Source: an uncultured Gemmatimonadales bacterium (lineage in GTDB: Bacteria > Gemmatimonadota > Gemmatimonadetes > Gemmatimonadales > GWC2-71-9). From it: DNA of 64,000 nucleotides. Both the position numbers and the translations under genes were made by a program. Of this stretch, positions 22,336 to 32,485 are shown one piece after another (position 1 is the first letter of the stretch; every line of letters starts with the position of its first letter). The DNA lies in the NCBI GenBank assembly GCA_963798915.1, contig CAWCVB010000006.1, positions 160,001 to 224,000 on the forward strand. Reading direction: 5' to 3'. Below the pieces are notes generated by a model. It had not been told where the DNA came from and did no database searches. It was given only the letters and a program-made list of their open reading frames with translations.

Positions 22336-22364
22336 TTGACTTCATCATCGTCGCTTTCTACAAT
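22336..22364 (+). promoter_or_regulatory. sigma70-type promoter for the roadblock-manC operon
   Basis: TTGACT-N17-TACAAT. Confidence 0.75.
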
Positions 22365-22385
22365 CCCGCTTTGCATCCCCTCGGC

Positions 22386-22748
22386 ATGGAGCGACGCATG
22401 ACCGCGCTTGCGGACCTCGTAAACGGGCTGGCTGGCCGGCCTGGTGTGGCCGCGGTCGTGGTCGCCAGCCCGGATGGGCTACCGATCAGGACCGCGGGCA
22501 GCCAGCTGGATATCGAGGCGGCGGCGGCGCTGGTCGTCACCGTGGCCCGTTCGGCCGCCAGGCTTGGTGATGCCGCAACGATCGGGACCGTGAGCCGCTT
22601 CGTCCTGGAATGCGCGAGAGGCATGGCGCTGGCCGGCCTCATCCGCGATGGCAATTGGCTCCTGGTCCTGGCTCAACCCGAGGCAGACATCGGCCAGTTA
22701 CTGTACGATCTTCGCCAGGAAGGCCCTGCCCTTGCCGCGCAACTGTAG
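22386..22748 (+). CDS. Roadblock/LC7 (MglB-like) domain protein
   Basis: GVAAVVVASPDGLPI, ADIGQLLYDLR; about 120 aa; start uncertain (22371/22386/22398). Confidence 0.8.
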   Translation: MERRMTALADLVNGLAGRPGVAAVVVASPDGLPIRTAGSQLDIEAAAALVVTVARSAARLGDAATIGTVSRFVLECARGMALAGLIRDGNWLLVLAQPEADIGQLLYDLRQEGPALAAQL

Positions 22749-22790
22749 CACCTGTCGGCGCGGAGGGCGCGCGTTGCGCCATCCGGCGCC

Positions 22791-23819
22791 ATGAAATGGG
22801 CCGTCCTGCTCGCCGGCGGGTCCGGCACGCGCTTCTGGCCCCTGAGCACACCCTCCAATCCCAAGCAACTCTTACCGCTGACGGGCCCGCTCTCCTCGGC
22901 CGAGGAGGCCGTGCGTCGTCTGGAAGGACTGGTGGCGCCGGAGCGGATCCTGCTCGTGACCGGACCGTCACTTGCTGAGCAACTGGGATCGCGACTCGAA
23001 GTGCCAACGGCCAATGTCCTGGTGGAGCCACGAGCGGCATCCACTGGTCCGGCGCTCATCTGGGCGTCGCACGAAGCGCTGGCCCGAGATGCGGACGCCG
23101 AAGTGCTTTCCCTGCATGCCGACTGGGCGATCGGTGACGCCGCTGCGTTCCGCCGCACCGCCAGCGTGGCCCTGGCTGCCGCACGTACGCACGATCGCCT
23201 GGTGACCGTGGGGATGATCCCGTCGCGTCCCGAGACGGGCTACGGATACATCGTGCCTGGCCCGCCGCTCGATGCGTCGGCACGATCCGTGGCCCGGTTT
23301 CAGGAAAAGCCGGACGCGGCGACTGCGCTTGACCTGATGGCGGCTGGGGCGCTCTGGAACAGCGGCCTGTTCGCGTGGACTGCCGGGCGCCTGCTCACGG
23401 AAGTGAGGCTTCATACCCCTGAAGTTTCCGGCGCCCTGCCCCGGCTCGACGCGGGAGACGTGGCGGGATTCTTCGAGGCCGTCACTCCCATCTCCATCGA
23501 TGTCGGCGTCCTCGAGCGCAGTGATCGCGTGGCCGTGGTCAGCGGCGCGTTTGCCTGGGATGATATCGGGACCTGGGAAGCGCTCATGCGAGTCCGCCCA
23601 AAGGATCCTGCTGGAAATGTCGTGGTCGGCCCGGCCTGCCTGCACGAGTCTCATGATTGCATTGTGTGGTCTGATGGCGAGCCCGTGGTCCTAAGCCACG
23701 TGCAGGACCTCGTAGTGGTGCACGCCAACGGCCGAATGCTCGTGATGCCGCGTCGGCAGTCGGGGGACCTCAAGCAGGTGCTCGATGCCCTCCCGCCGGC
23801 CATCAGGGACCTGCAGTGA
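22791..23819 (+). CDS. manC: Mannose-1-phosphate guanylyltransferase
   Basis: LAGGSGTRFWPLS..PKQ, PETGYGYI, FQEKP, WNSG, SID, WDDIGTW. Confidence 0.92.
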   Translation: MKWAVLLAGGSGTRFWPLSTPSNPKQLLPLTGPLSSAEEAVRRLEGLVAPERILLVTGPSLAEQLGSRLEVPTANVLVEPRAASTGPALIWASHEALARDADAEVLSLHADWAIGDAAAFRRTASVALAAARTHDRLVTVGMIPSRPETGYGYIVPGPPLDASARSVARFQEKPDAATALDLMAAGALWNSGLFAWTAGRLLTEVRLHTPEVSGALPRLDAGDVAGFFEAVTPISIDVGVLERSDRVAVVSGAFAWDDIGTWEALMRVRPKDPAGNVVVGPACLHESHDCIVWSDGEPVVLSHVQDLVVVHANGRMLVMPRRQSGDLKQVLDALPPAIRDLQ

Positions 23820-24982
23820 CCTTCCTCGTGCTGCTTGAACCCGAAGACCCGGAGGGACGCTGGGAACCCTTCAGCGGCGCGCGGCCGGTTGCCGAGCTCC
23901 GGGCGGGGGCCTGGCGAATCAGGGAGCGCTGGGAGCAGGCCACCGGCCTCACGACGCGGGAGATCATCGGAAGCCGTGTGGCGGGCTTCGTCGATGTGGA
24001 CGCACCGCCGGTGCTGGCGCCGGGCTCGCTCGACGGAGACCAGATCCTTCTGGCCGCGTCCGACTTCGTCCCGGCCTCGGATCCGATCCTGCTCACGCCA
24101 TCGACGACGAGGCTCATGTGCAACGGGCGCGCGGCAGCGCGAGTCGTTCAAGGACCCGGCGCTGCACCCAGCCTGGAGTCCGATGCCGGCGAAACGCTGG
24201 AAATCGGCGGCTTGTGGCTGGGCGGAAGCCACGGACTGCTTGATGCGCTGGACGCTTTCCTGGCGGATGACTGCCTCCGCGCCGGCCACTCCGCCCCTCC
24301 CCCGTCCGGCGCCGTCATCATTGGCGATGCATCCTTGGTCAGGGCGGCCGCGGGTACCCTCGAGCCCGGGGTCGTGTTTGACGTTCGCCAGGGTGCGGTT
24401 GTCGTCAGCCCGGGCGCCGAGGTGCGGAGTGGTGCGCGTCTCGAGGGTCCGTGCTGGATTGGTGGTGGCGCACGTGTCGTGGGCGGATTCGTGCGCCGAA
24501 GCTGCATTGGTCCCCGATGCGTGGTCCGAGGGGAAGTGTCCAACAGCGTCTTTCTGGGCTACTCCAACAAGGCTCACGAGGGATTCGTGGGGCATTCGGT
24601 CCTGGGGCACTGGGTCAATCTGGGCGCGCTTACTACCACCTCCAACCTCAAGAACACCTACGGCACCGTGCGACTCGACACGCCCCGTGGTGCCTTCGAG
24701 ACCGGCCGACAGTTTCTCGGCAGTCTGATTGGCGACCATGCCAAGACGGCGATCGGCACCATGCTGGGCACGGGTACGGTCGTCGGCGCGGGGGCCAACG
24801 TCTTCGGCGACGCGCGGCCCCCGAGGTGGATCCCGCCGTTTGCCTGGGGCTCCTCGCCAGGCGAGCGCATGTCCAGGGATGGCTTTCTGACTGTTGCCCG
24901 TCGGGTGCTGCCTCGTCGCGAAGTCGAAGTCACACCCGCCCACGAGGAATGGCTCGCGGCGATGTACCAACGACTCGCATGA
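23816..24982 (+). CDS. GlmU-like putative sugar nucleotidyl/acyl transferase with hexapeptide repeats
   Basis: ELRAG N-terminal motif; LbH repeats; NKAHEGFVGHSVLGHWVNLGA, SNLKN, GDHAKTAIG. Confidence 0.82.
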   Translation: MTFLVLLEPEDPEGRWEPFSGARPVAELRAGAWRIRERWEQATGLTTREIIGSRVAGFVDVDAPPVLAPGSLDGDQILLAASDFVPASDPILLTPSTTRLMCNGRAAARVVQGPGAAPSLESDAGETLEIGGLWLGGSHGLLDALDAFLADDCLRAGHSAPPPSGAVIIGDASLVRAAAGTLEPGVVFDVRQGAVVVSPGAEVRSGARLEGPCWIGGGARVVGGFVRRSCIGPRCVVRGEVSNSVFLGYSNKAHEGFVGHSVLGHWVNLGALTTTSNLKNTYGTVRLDTPRGAFETGRQFLGSLIGDHAKTAIGTMLGTGTVVGAGANVFGDARPPRWIPPFAWGSSPGERMSRDGFLTVARRVLPRREVEVTPAHEEWLAAMYQRLA

Positions 24983-25779
24983 TTGCACTGCACATCCTGG
25001 GCTCCGGCTCGCGCGGAAACTGCTTCGTGGTGGAGTCGGAGGGCCAGCTGCTGCTGCTCGACGCGGGATTCAGCGCCCGGGAAACGGCTCGCCGTGCCGA
25101 GTTGGCCGGTCTCGCGCTTGAGGCCGCAGTTGGCATCGCGCTGACGCACGAGCACGGCGACCACGCCGGAGGCGCAATTCGACTCGCGCGCCGCCTGGGT
25201 CTTCCGATCGCGGCGAGCGACGGCACCTGGCACGCGCTGCGCAACAGCGATGGGGTGGAGCGCCGGCGGCTCAGTGGCGGGGAGGCCGCACAACTGGGCC
25301 AGTTCAGTATCGAATGCGCGTCGAGCAGTCACGATGCTGCCGAACCGGTGGCCATCGCCGTGACCTGTGCCGGTGGCACCCGCATTGCCTTGGCCCACGA
25401 CCTCGGCCGGCCAACTGCCGCGGTGCGACTCCTGCTGCGTGGCTGCCACGCGCTGGTGATCGAGGCCAATCACGACGAGGTGCTGCTGCGCAGCAGCGGT
25501 TACCCTGCGTCAGTTCAGCAACGCATTGCCGGCTCGGGCGGGCACCTGTCCAACGATGCGGCTGGCGACCTGATTTGTGATGTGCTGCACCAGGGGCTCG
25601 AACTGGTTGTCCTGGCACATCTCAGCGTGCGCTGTAATACCGCTGCGTGCGCTCGCGCCGCCATTGAGCCACGGCTCCTGGAGGAGGGTTTCCTGGGACA
25701 GCTGGTGATTGCGGAGCAGATGCCCGGGCACCGTCCCCTGCGGCTCGCGCGCGAAGGACTGGCGGGCACCAGTCGCTAG
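24979..25779 (+). CDS. MBL-fold metallohydrolase (YycJ/WalJ-like)
   Basis: LGSGSRGN, THEHGDH, SHDA, EANHD, GHLSN, LAHLS; ATGA overlap with the upstream gene. Confidence 0.9.
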   Translation: MIALHILGSGSRGNCFVVESEGQLLLLDAGFSARETARRAELAGLALEAAVGIALTHEHGDHAGGAIRLARRLGLPIAASDGTWHALRNSDGVERRRLSGGEAAQLGQFSIECASSSHDAAEPVAIAVTCAGGTRIALAHDLGRPTAAVRLLLRGCHALVIEANHDEVLLRSSGYPASVQQRIAGSGGHLSNDAAGDLICDVLHQGLELVVLAHLSVRCNTAACARAAIEPRLLEEGFLGQLVIAEQMPGHRPLRLAREGLAGTSR

Positions 25780-25816
25780 CCGAGGCGGGTAGCCCACTCG
25801 GCGCCTCCCGGATGGC

Positions 25817-25850
25817 AGAGCGGCGGAATTCCGTGGAATTCCGCCGCTCT
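25817..25850. terminator. Strong hairpin between convergent genes
   Basis: AGAGCGGCGGAATTCC-GT-GGAATTCCGCCGCTCT inverted repeat. Confidence 0.7.
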
Positions 25851-25866
25851 CTTCGTGTTCCTGGAC

Positions 25867-26241
25867 TCACGCGTCCGGATCTGGCGGCACCTCGACACCT
25901 GCAGGCCGTGGCGTGGCCTCCCCGACGCGCTTCAGGGTGATCGGCTTCTGCAGATCGCCGCCCGAAATGGTCAGTCGCGTCTTGCTGACGTCAAGACGGT
26001 AGGTCTCCCATTCGCCGCCCAGCGCCACCATGATCGAATCGTCCTTGAGCCGCCAGCGCGACGTTTCCTTGCCCCACGTCGCGCTCGAGTCGGCGCGAAT
26101 GATTACCTCGCGCGGTCCGCCGCGGGTGTCCAGCTTGGCCTCCACCCGCCATGTCCCTTCCACTGGCGCCGACTGTCCCAGCAGCGGCACAGGGGCAAGG
26201 ACAAAGAGCAGGGCGGCGGTCAGTTGAAGCGGGCGGTACAT
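25867..26241 (-). CDS. Small secreted beta-rich hypothetical protein
   Basis: GGAG RBS; signal peptide MYRPLQLTAALLFVLAPVPLLG; VEGTW motif reminiscent of lipocalin-like domains. Confidence 0.7.
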   Translation of the reverse strand: MYRPLQLTAALLFVLAPVPLLGQSAPVEGTWRVEAKLDTRGGPREVIIRADSSATWGKETSRWRLKDDSIMVALGGEWETYRLDVSKTRLTISGGDLQKPITLKRVGEATPRPAGVEVPPDPDA

Positions 26242-26301
26242 GCAATTCTCCAGGTGGAGCGTGATCGAGAGCCGGCGGAAGCGAGCGCCGCCGACATGGA
26301 A

Positions 26302-26317
26302 GGCAAGGCTCGTGCCG
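26302..26317 (-). promoter_or_regulatory. Putative sigma54 (-24/-12) promoter
   Basis: CGGCACG-AGCC-TTGCC, about 60 nt upstream of the ATG at 26241. Confidence 0.55.
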
Positions 26318-26492
26318 GGTGAATACGGAGCAAGCCTTGAGGCTTGGCCGGCGCAGTGGACGAGAGCCCGCGGCAAGACGAGATGATCGTCCGCCTGCGG
26401 CCCGAAACAGCACCGCTCCGGACCAGGTTGGGCCGGAGCGGTGGCGCTTCACTGACAGATCCCTCGCTGCGCTTGGGATACTGGACCCGCAG

Positions 26493-26531
26493 TGAACTTC
26501 CGCCTCGGGCGTTGCCCGGGCGGAAAGTTCA
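26493..26531 (-). terminator. Hairpin immediately downstream of groEL
   Basis: TGAACTTCCGCC(T)CGGGC...GCCCGGGCGGAAAGTTCA imperfect inverted repeat 8 nt after the stop. Confidence 0.55.
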
Positions 26532-26538
26532 GCCGGTC

Positions 26539-28170
<1,632 letters not shown>

Positions 28171-28199
28171 TGCCTGATGTCTCCTGTGGCGGTGAACGT

Positions 28200-28514
28200 T
28201 CAGCCGAGCTTGGCCAGAACGTCGGACGCCTTGATGATGATGACTTCGTCGCCATCGATGGTGAATGGGGTGCCGCTGTACTTGCCATAGATGACCTTGT
28301 CGCCCACTGCAAGGTCCATCGTGACGCGCGCACCCTTCTCGATGCGGCCGGGCCCGACGGCGAGCACTTCGCCCTGGGTCGGCTTTTCCTTGGCCGTATC
28401 GGGAATGTAGAGGCCACCACGCATCGTCTCGGCTTCGTCCGACGGCATGATGACCACCCGGTCCTCGAGCGGCTTGATCTTGATCTTGGGCTTGGACTTC
28501 GTACCCGCTGACAT
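28200..28514 (-). CDS. groS: Co-chaperonin GroES
   Basis: [32 protein letters not shown]. Confidence 0.98.
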   Translation of the reverse strand: MSAGTKSKPKIKIKPLEDRVVIMPSDEAETMRGGLYIPDTAKEKPTQGEVLAVGPGRIEKGARVTMDLAVGDKVIYGKYSGTPFTIDGDEVIIIKASDVLAKLG

Positions 28515-28563
28515 CGCGCCCTCCACGTCCTGTTGGGGTGTTAAGTGAAGTGCATCCAGGGAA

Positions 28564-28590
28564 TTAGCACTCTGGCAGCGAGAGTGCCAA
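28564..28590. promoter_or_regulatory. CIRCE element (HrcA operator)
   Basis: TTAGCACTC-N9-GAGTGCCAA upstream of groES. Confidence 0.93.
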
Positions 28591-28601
28591 TGCTGAACCG
28601 T

Positions 28602-28629
28602 AAAGTAAGCCGCGCGGGGGCCCTGTCAA
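28602..28629 (-). promoter_or_regulatory. sigma70-type groESL promoter
   Basis: TTGACA-N16-TACTTT just upstream of CIRCE. Confidence 0.7.
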
Positions 28630-28865
28630 GCGCCCGTGCGCCCGCTGCCGGGCAAGTCGGGTGCCGGCCATCGGGAGCCATTGCGGCAGAAAATGCCCCC
28701 GCGGGACGTCCCGATGGCATGCTGAACTGCCGTTCTGACCGCGCGGAAACCGATTGGGGATGGCGTGCGTTCTAGACCTTGACTTTCGTGCGGGCACTGC
28801 TGACGTTGCCCGCGTTCCACTCGGCTGGCTCAGCCGGCCTGAATCTGATCACTGCAGGAGTCGGG

Positions 28866-29945
28866 ATGGGTATTACGCTCTCGCTGGTCACCGCCGTCGC
28901 GCTGGCATCCGCACCGATCGTTGGCGATACGGTCCCCCCGTCCAACCTCACCGTGACCGTCGATTCGTCGAAGCACCTGGTCACGATCCGCTCAGGCCCA
29001 TACAACCTGAAGCACATGCCGCCGATGGAGCACGGCATGATGGATATGGGCATGTCGCACGACACCCCGGTGCAGCATTTTGGCTGGCCGGTCCAAGGTT
29101 GGCTGCGTGGCTTCCGGGTCAGCCTGGCTGACGGCGAAGGTCACCCGGTGCCGAAGCACATCATGCATCACATGATCATGGTGAATTTCAGTCGGCGGCA
29201 ACTGGTCTACCATGCCTCCGAGCGTCTCTTCGGCGCAGGAACCGAAACCGGCGACGCCGAAGTCCCGGCGACCATCGGCATTCCGATGCGGCCGGGCATG
29301 GACCTCGGGGTCTATGTGGCCTGGCACAATGACACCGGCGAAGACCTGAACGACGTCTACTTCACCATCACGATGCCGTACCTGCCGGCCAACCAGAATC
29401 CGCGACCCAAGGATGCGCTTCCGATCTACATGGACGTGAACCTCACGGTCGGCGGCAGCAATACGTTCGATGTCCCGCCCGGCCGGTCGGAGCACAGCTA
29501 CGAATTCACGGTCCCGGTCGCGGGCCGCCTGCTGGGCGTGGGCGGACACCTTCACGACTATGGCCGCGAGGTGCGCCTTGAGGACGCAGAAACCGGCAAG
29601 GTGATCACACGGGTCAAGGGCGAGCTGGATGACGAGGGCCACATCGAGGGCGTCGGCCGGAAGCTCTTCGCGATCCGGGGAGCGGGTGTGCGGCTCAAGG
29701 CCGGCCATCGCTACCGCGTCGCGGGTGTGTACGACAATCCGAGCGACCGGACGATCGTCAATGGCGGGATGGCCCACATGGTAGGCCTCTTCGTTCCGGA
29801 TGACCTGGCGGCATGGCCGCCGATCGACCCTGACAATCCCGACTACCAGCGCGATCTGGCCGCCCTGCATGAACGCGGTGCGGGCGGGGCTGCTCATGAG
29901 GGCATGCAGCACGGGGAGGGATCGATGGGCCACGGCGGCCACTGA
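28866..29945 (+). CDS. Secreted His/Met-rich protein, type-II copper monooxygenase (PHM/DBH)-like
   Basis: GGAG RBS, signal peptide, MHHM, WHN, GGHLH, YDN...GGMAHM, His/Met-rich termini. Confidence 0.6.
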   Translation: MGITLSLVTAVALASAPIVGDTVPPSNLTVTVDSSKHLVTIRSGPYNLKHMPPMEHGMMDMGMSHDTPVQHFGWPVQGWLRGFRVSLADGEGHPVPKHIMHHMIMVNFSRRQLVYHASERLFGAGTETGDAEVPATIGIPMRPGMDLGVYVAWHNDTGEDLNDVYFTITMPYLPANQNPRPKDALPIYMDVNLTVGGSNTFDVPPGRSEHSYEFTVPVAGRLLGVGGHLHDYGREVRLEDAETGKVITRVKGELDDEGHIEGVGRKLFAIRGAGVRLKAGHRYRVAGVYDNPSDRTIVNGGMAHMVGLFVPDDLAAWPPIDPDNPDYQRDLAALHERGAGGAAHEGMQHGEGSMGHGGH

Positions 29946-29961
29946 GCTCCGCCGCCAGACG

Positions 29962-29996
29962 CCGACGCCCCGGCCGTCAATCGACCGGGGCGTTGG
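29962..29996. terminator. Hairpin between convergent genes
   Basis: CCGACGCCCCGG...CCGGGGCGTTGG. Confidence 0.6.
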
Positions 29997-30023
29997 GCTT
30001 CTCACACCGACGACGTATGCGCC

Positions 30024-31004
30024 TCAGGGCGTCGCAGGAACCACCCGTCGCACCCCGACCCATCGCTCGTACCACCACCGGCCGTTGGGGTCATCGACGC
30101 CAAGCCGCGAAATCTGGACGCCCTTGGATGCAGAGTGAATGAAGCGTCCGTCGCCCAGATACAGCCCCACATGCGTCACTCGAGTCCCCGTCTGTGCAAA
30201 GGTGAGGATGTCACCAGGCTTGAGTGAGGCCTCGGAGCGTGAAACAGCGGTTCCAGCGCGGGCTTGATCGCGGCTTCGGCGCGGAAGCGCGACGCCGGCC
30301 TCACCGTACGCGAACTGAATGAGTCCGGAGCAGTCGAATCCGTCCCTGCCCTGCCCGGTACCGCCATACTGGTATGGCGTGCCTATCTGCGCCTCCGCCA
30401 CCCGTAATACGTCAGAGACGATGACTTCGGCGCTCGAATGGGCACTCACGTCACCTCGCTCACTCACGGTCATGAGCGGGACCCTGCCGGCTCGGCCAGC
30501 CGCGGACGACGGCCGGGTCGTCGGCGCGGAAGGCGTCGAGCCGCCGAATCGGGAAGCGACGCGAAGCGACAACTCAATGCCGGCGCGACCGCTCGGCTCG
30601 AGGTCTCGCCAGCGGCCTTCCAGCCCGAATGAGAGAAAGGATGCCGGAATCAGTTCGTAGCCCAGTCCGGCCGACCAGCTGCGCCACTCATGCTCCGCAC
30701 CGCCGGCGCCAAATCCGCCGCTCACTCCACCTGCCGCATACAATCCGGCGCGTCCGCCGCGAAAGAGCGAGACGTCCGCAACCAGTCCGAGCCGCCGCTC
30801 TCCGGTGGCCGGACCACTCCAGAGCACTCCACCGAGGTCCGTCCCGATGGGGCCCAGCAGCGGCGTGGACCAACTTGCCTGCATCGATGAGAGCCCCTCA
30901 CCGTCGAACAGGCGGCCGGCCTGCACGGCCGGCCCCTGGCCGGCGGCCTGGTGCACACCAATCAGCATCGCGATGCCAACGAGCAGGCGGATCCGAGCGC
31001 GCAC
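30024..31004 (-). CDS. NlpC/P60 (C40) peptidase with N-terminal beta-barrel-like domain
   Basis: IGTPYQYGG, FDCSGL, LPRRSRDQ, PGDILTF, HVGLYLGDGRFIHS; signal peptide. Confidence 0.9.
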   Translation of the reverse strand: MRARIRLLVGIAMLIGVHQAAGQGPAVQAGRLFDGEGLSSMQASWSTPLLGPIGTDLGGVLWSGPATGERRLGLVADVSLFRGGRAGLYAAGGVSGGFGAGGAEHEWRSWSAGLGYELIPASFLSFGLEGRWRDLEPSGRAGIELSLRVASRFGGSTPSAPTTRPSSAAGRAGRVPLMTVSERGDVSAHSSAEVIVSDVLRVAEAQIGTPYQYGGTGQGRDGFDCSGLIQFAYGEAGVALPRRSRDQARAGTAVSRSEASLKPGDILTFAQTGTRVTHVGLYLGDGRFIHSASKGVQISRLGVDDPNGRWWYERWVGVRRVVPATP

Positions 31005-31390
31005 TATTTGCGCACCGGCGTGGGCTGTCCGGACCGCAGGTCAACGCGGTAGAGAGCGCCTGGCCGGCATTCCTGGAACAGGTGGACCAGAACGGTCGAA
31101 TCGGATTCCGGCACGGGCGCCTCCCCGGTGTAGAGCAGTGGAACGAGCCGGCGGGCCGAGTCCGAGCGGATCTCCAGGGCTCGCTCCTGGCATGCGACGC
31201 CAGCGGAGTCGTGTGCCTGCCGCGTCAGCGTAAACCAGAAGCTGTAGGGGCCCAGCGTGCCAACCATGGAGTCCTGGGAGGTCCGCTCTTTCGCCTCCGC
31301 CGAAACCAGAGCTGGCGGCTGCTTGGAACGCTCGCTCCCCCCGCACGAGAGCAACAACGCCGGCAGTAGCAAGAGCGGTGCCCGTATCAC
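31004..31390 (-). CDS. Hypothetical lipoprotein
   Basis: GTG overlapping the upstream stop; LLLSC lipobox; VPLLYTGEAP. Confidence 0.65.
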   Translation of the reverse strand: MIRAPLLLLPALLLSCGGSERSKQPPALVSAEAKERTSQDSMVGTLGPYSFWFTLTRQAHDSAGVACQERALEIRSDSARRLVPLLYTGEAPVPESDSTVLVHLFQECRPGALYRVDLRSGQPTPVRK

Positions 31391-31701
31391 TTGGAAGGAG
31401 TGGTCAGGTTTGCTTCCACCTTGTCCAGCAACGCCGCGGCCGTGTCCGGAACTCCCTCGGCGGTCACGGCGAGGGCGACCTGCAATTCCGGGGAACGTCG
31501 CAGAAGCCGCAACCATCCTAGCAATCCGCCAAATCCCGCGATGGCGCCCAGCAGCACCGAAAGCAGGAGGCCGCGCGTCGGATCGGACATGCGAGTCGCG
31601 ATCACCTCGCCTGCGACGCATCCAAAAAACGAAGCTGCCCACGCAATCACGGGCGTGAGCAGCCAGCCGAAGGCACGAAGGAAGACCCGGAACCACCGCA
31701 C
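31387..31701 (-). CDS. Small membrane protein
   Basis: GTG at 31701; two hydrophobic helices; tight coupling with both neighbours. Confidence 0.6.
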   Translation of the reverse strand: MRWFRVFLRAFGWLLTPVIAWAASFFGCVAGEVIATRMSDPTRGLLLSVLLGAIAGFGGLLGWLRLLRRSPELQVALAVTAEGVPDTAAALLDKVEANLTTPSK

Positions 31702-31703
31702 GT

Positions 31704-32333
31704 CTAGCCGCTCCGGCGGCCCAGCGCCGTGAGGCCGGCAGCCAGGGCCAACCCTGGAATGAACGCCACGCCAAAAGTCCCGAGCGTCCAGCGTGCGCCC
31801 GGAAAGCCGATGAACACGCCAAGGACCGCGAGCCCCGCACCACACAGCAGGGCCGGCAGCATCACCCCCGCTATGGTAACCGACCGACCCCGCGCTGCCC
31901 GGCTCGCCAGCGTCATGGCGCCCATCCAGGGCAGGAAGGTGCCGAGTATCCACCAGACGGGATGATACCACCAGTTGCTGAAGCCACCGATCTCGGCCCA
32001 ACGGTTGGTATAGATCCCGGCAGGCTGCAGCAGCGAGACATCCACCAGGAGGAACACGACCGTGGCCGCGAGCCCGATGCCCGCTGCCCCGGCGATTCCT
32101 TCGATCGTCCGGGCCCGGGTCCAGAAGCCGGGCATCACCACAACGACAGCGAGTCCCGCCAGCAGCACGAGCGCGCCCAGGATGGTCTCGATCGGAGGTG
32201 CCGTGAAGCGGGTGATGAACGACATGAAGACAACCACCACGCATTCGAACAGTCCGAGAATGACCGCCTTGCTGAGCACATGCCGGAGCGGAGTTACGTC
32301 AAATTCGCCATGGGGCTCGACAGCCGTTGCCAT
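31704..32333 (-). CDS. Integral membrane hypothetical protein (about 6 TM)
   Basis: GGAGAG RBS before ATG 32333; YTNRWAEIGGFSNWWYHPVWW loop. Confidence 0.7.
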   Translation of the reverse strand: MATAVEPHGEFDVTPLRHVLSKAVILGLFECVVVVFMSFITRFTAPPIETILGALVLLAGLAVVVVMPGFWTRARTIEGIAGAAGIGLAATVVFLLVDVSLLQPAGIYTNRWAEIGGFSNWWYHPVWWILGTFLPWMGAMTLASRAARGRSVTIAGVMLPALLCGAGLAVLGVFIGFPGARWTLGTFGVAFIPGLALAAGLTALGRRSG

Positions 32334-32485
32334 GAACTCTCCCAATCGGGTATAAGGGCAGGCCTGAAGATAAGACGCCAACCCCAATGCGGCCAAGGGG
32401 ATGCCGCCTGAGGCCCGGCTTCGGAGGTGGTGCCGCAGCCGGCCGCGGGAAGCGGCAACAGCGGGACGATTGTCGAAGCGTCATG

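Noticed and set aside
26340..26531. Possible SRP or 6S RNA between groEL and the hypothetical gene
   Set aside because: No SRP domain IV motif or long 6S-type rod; only independent hairpins
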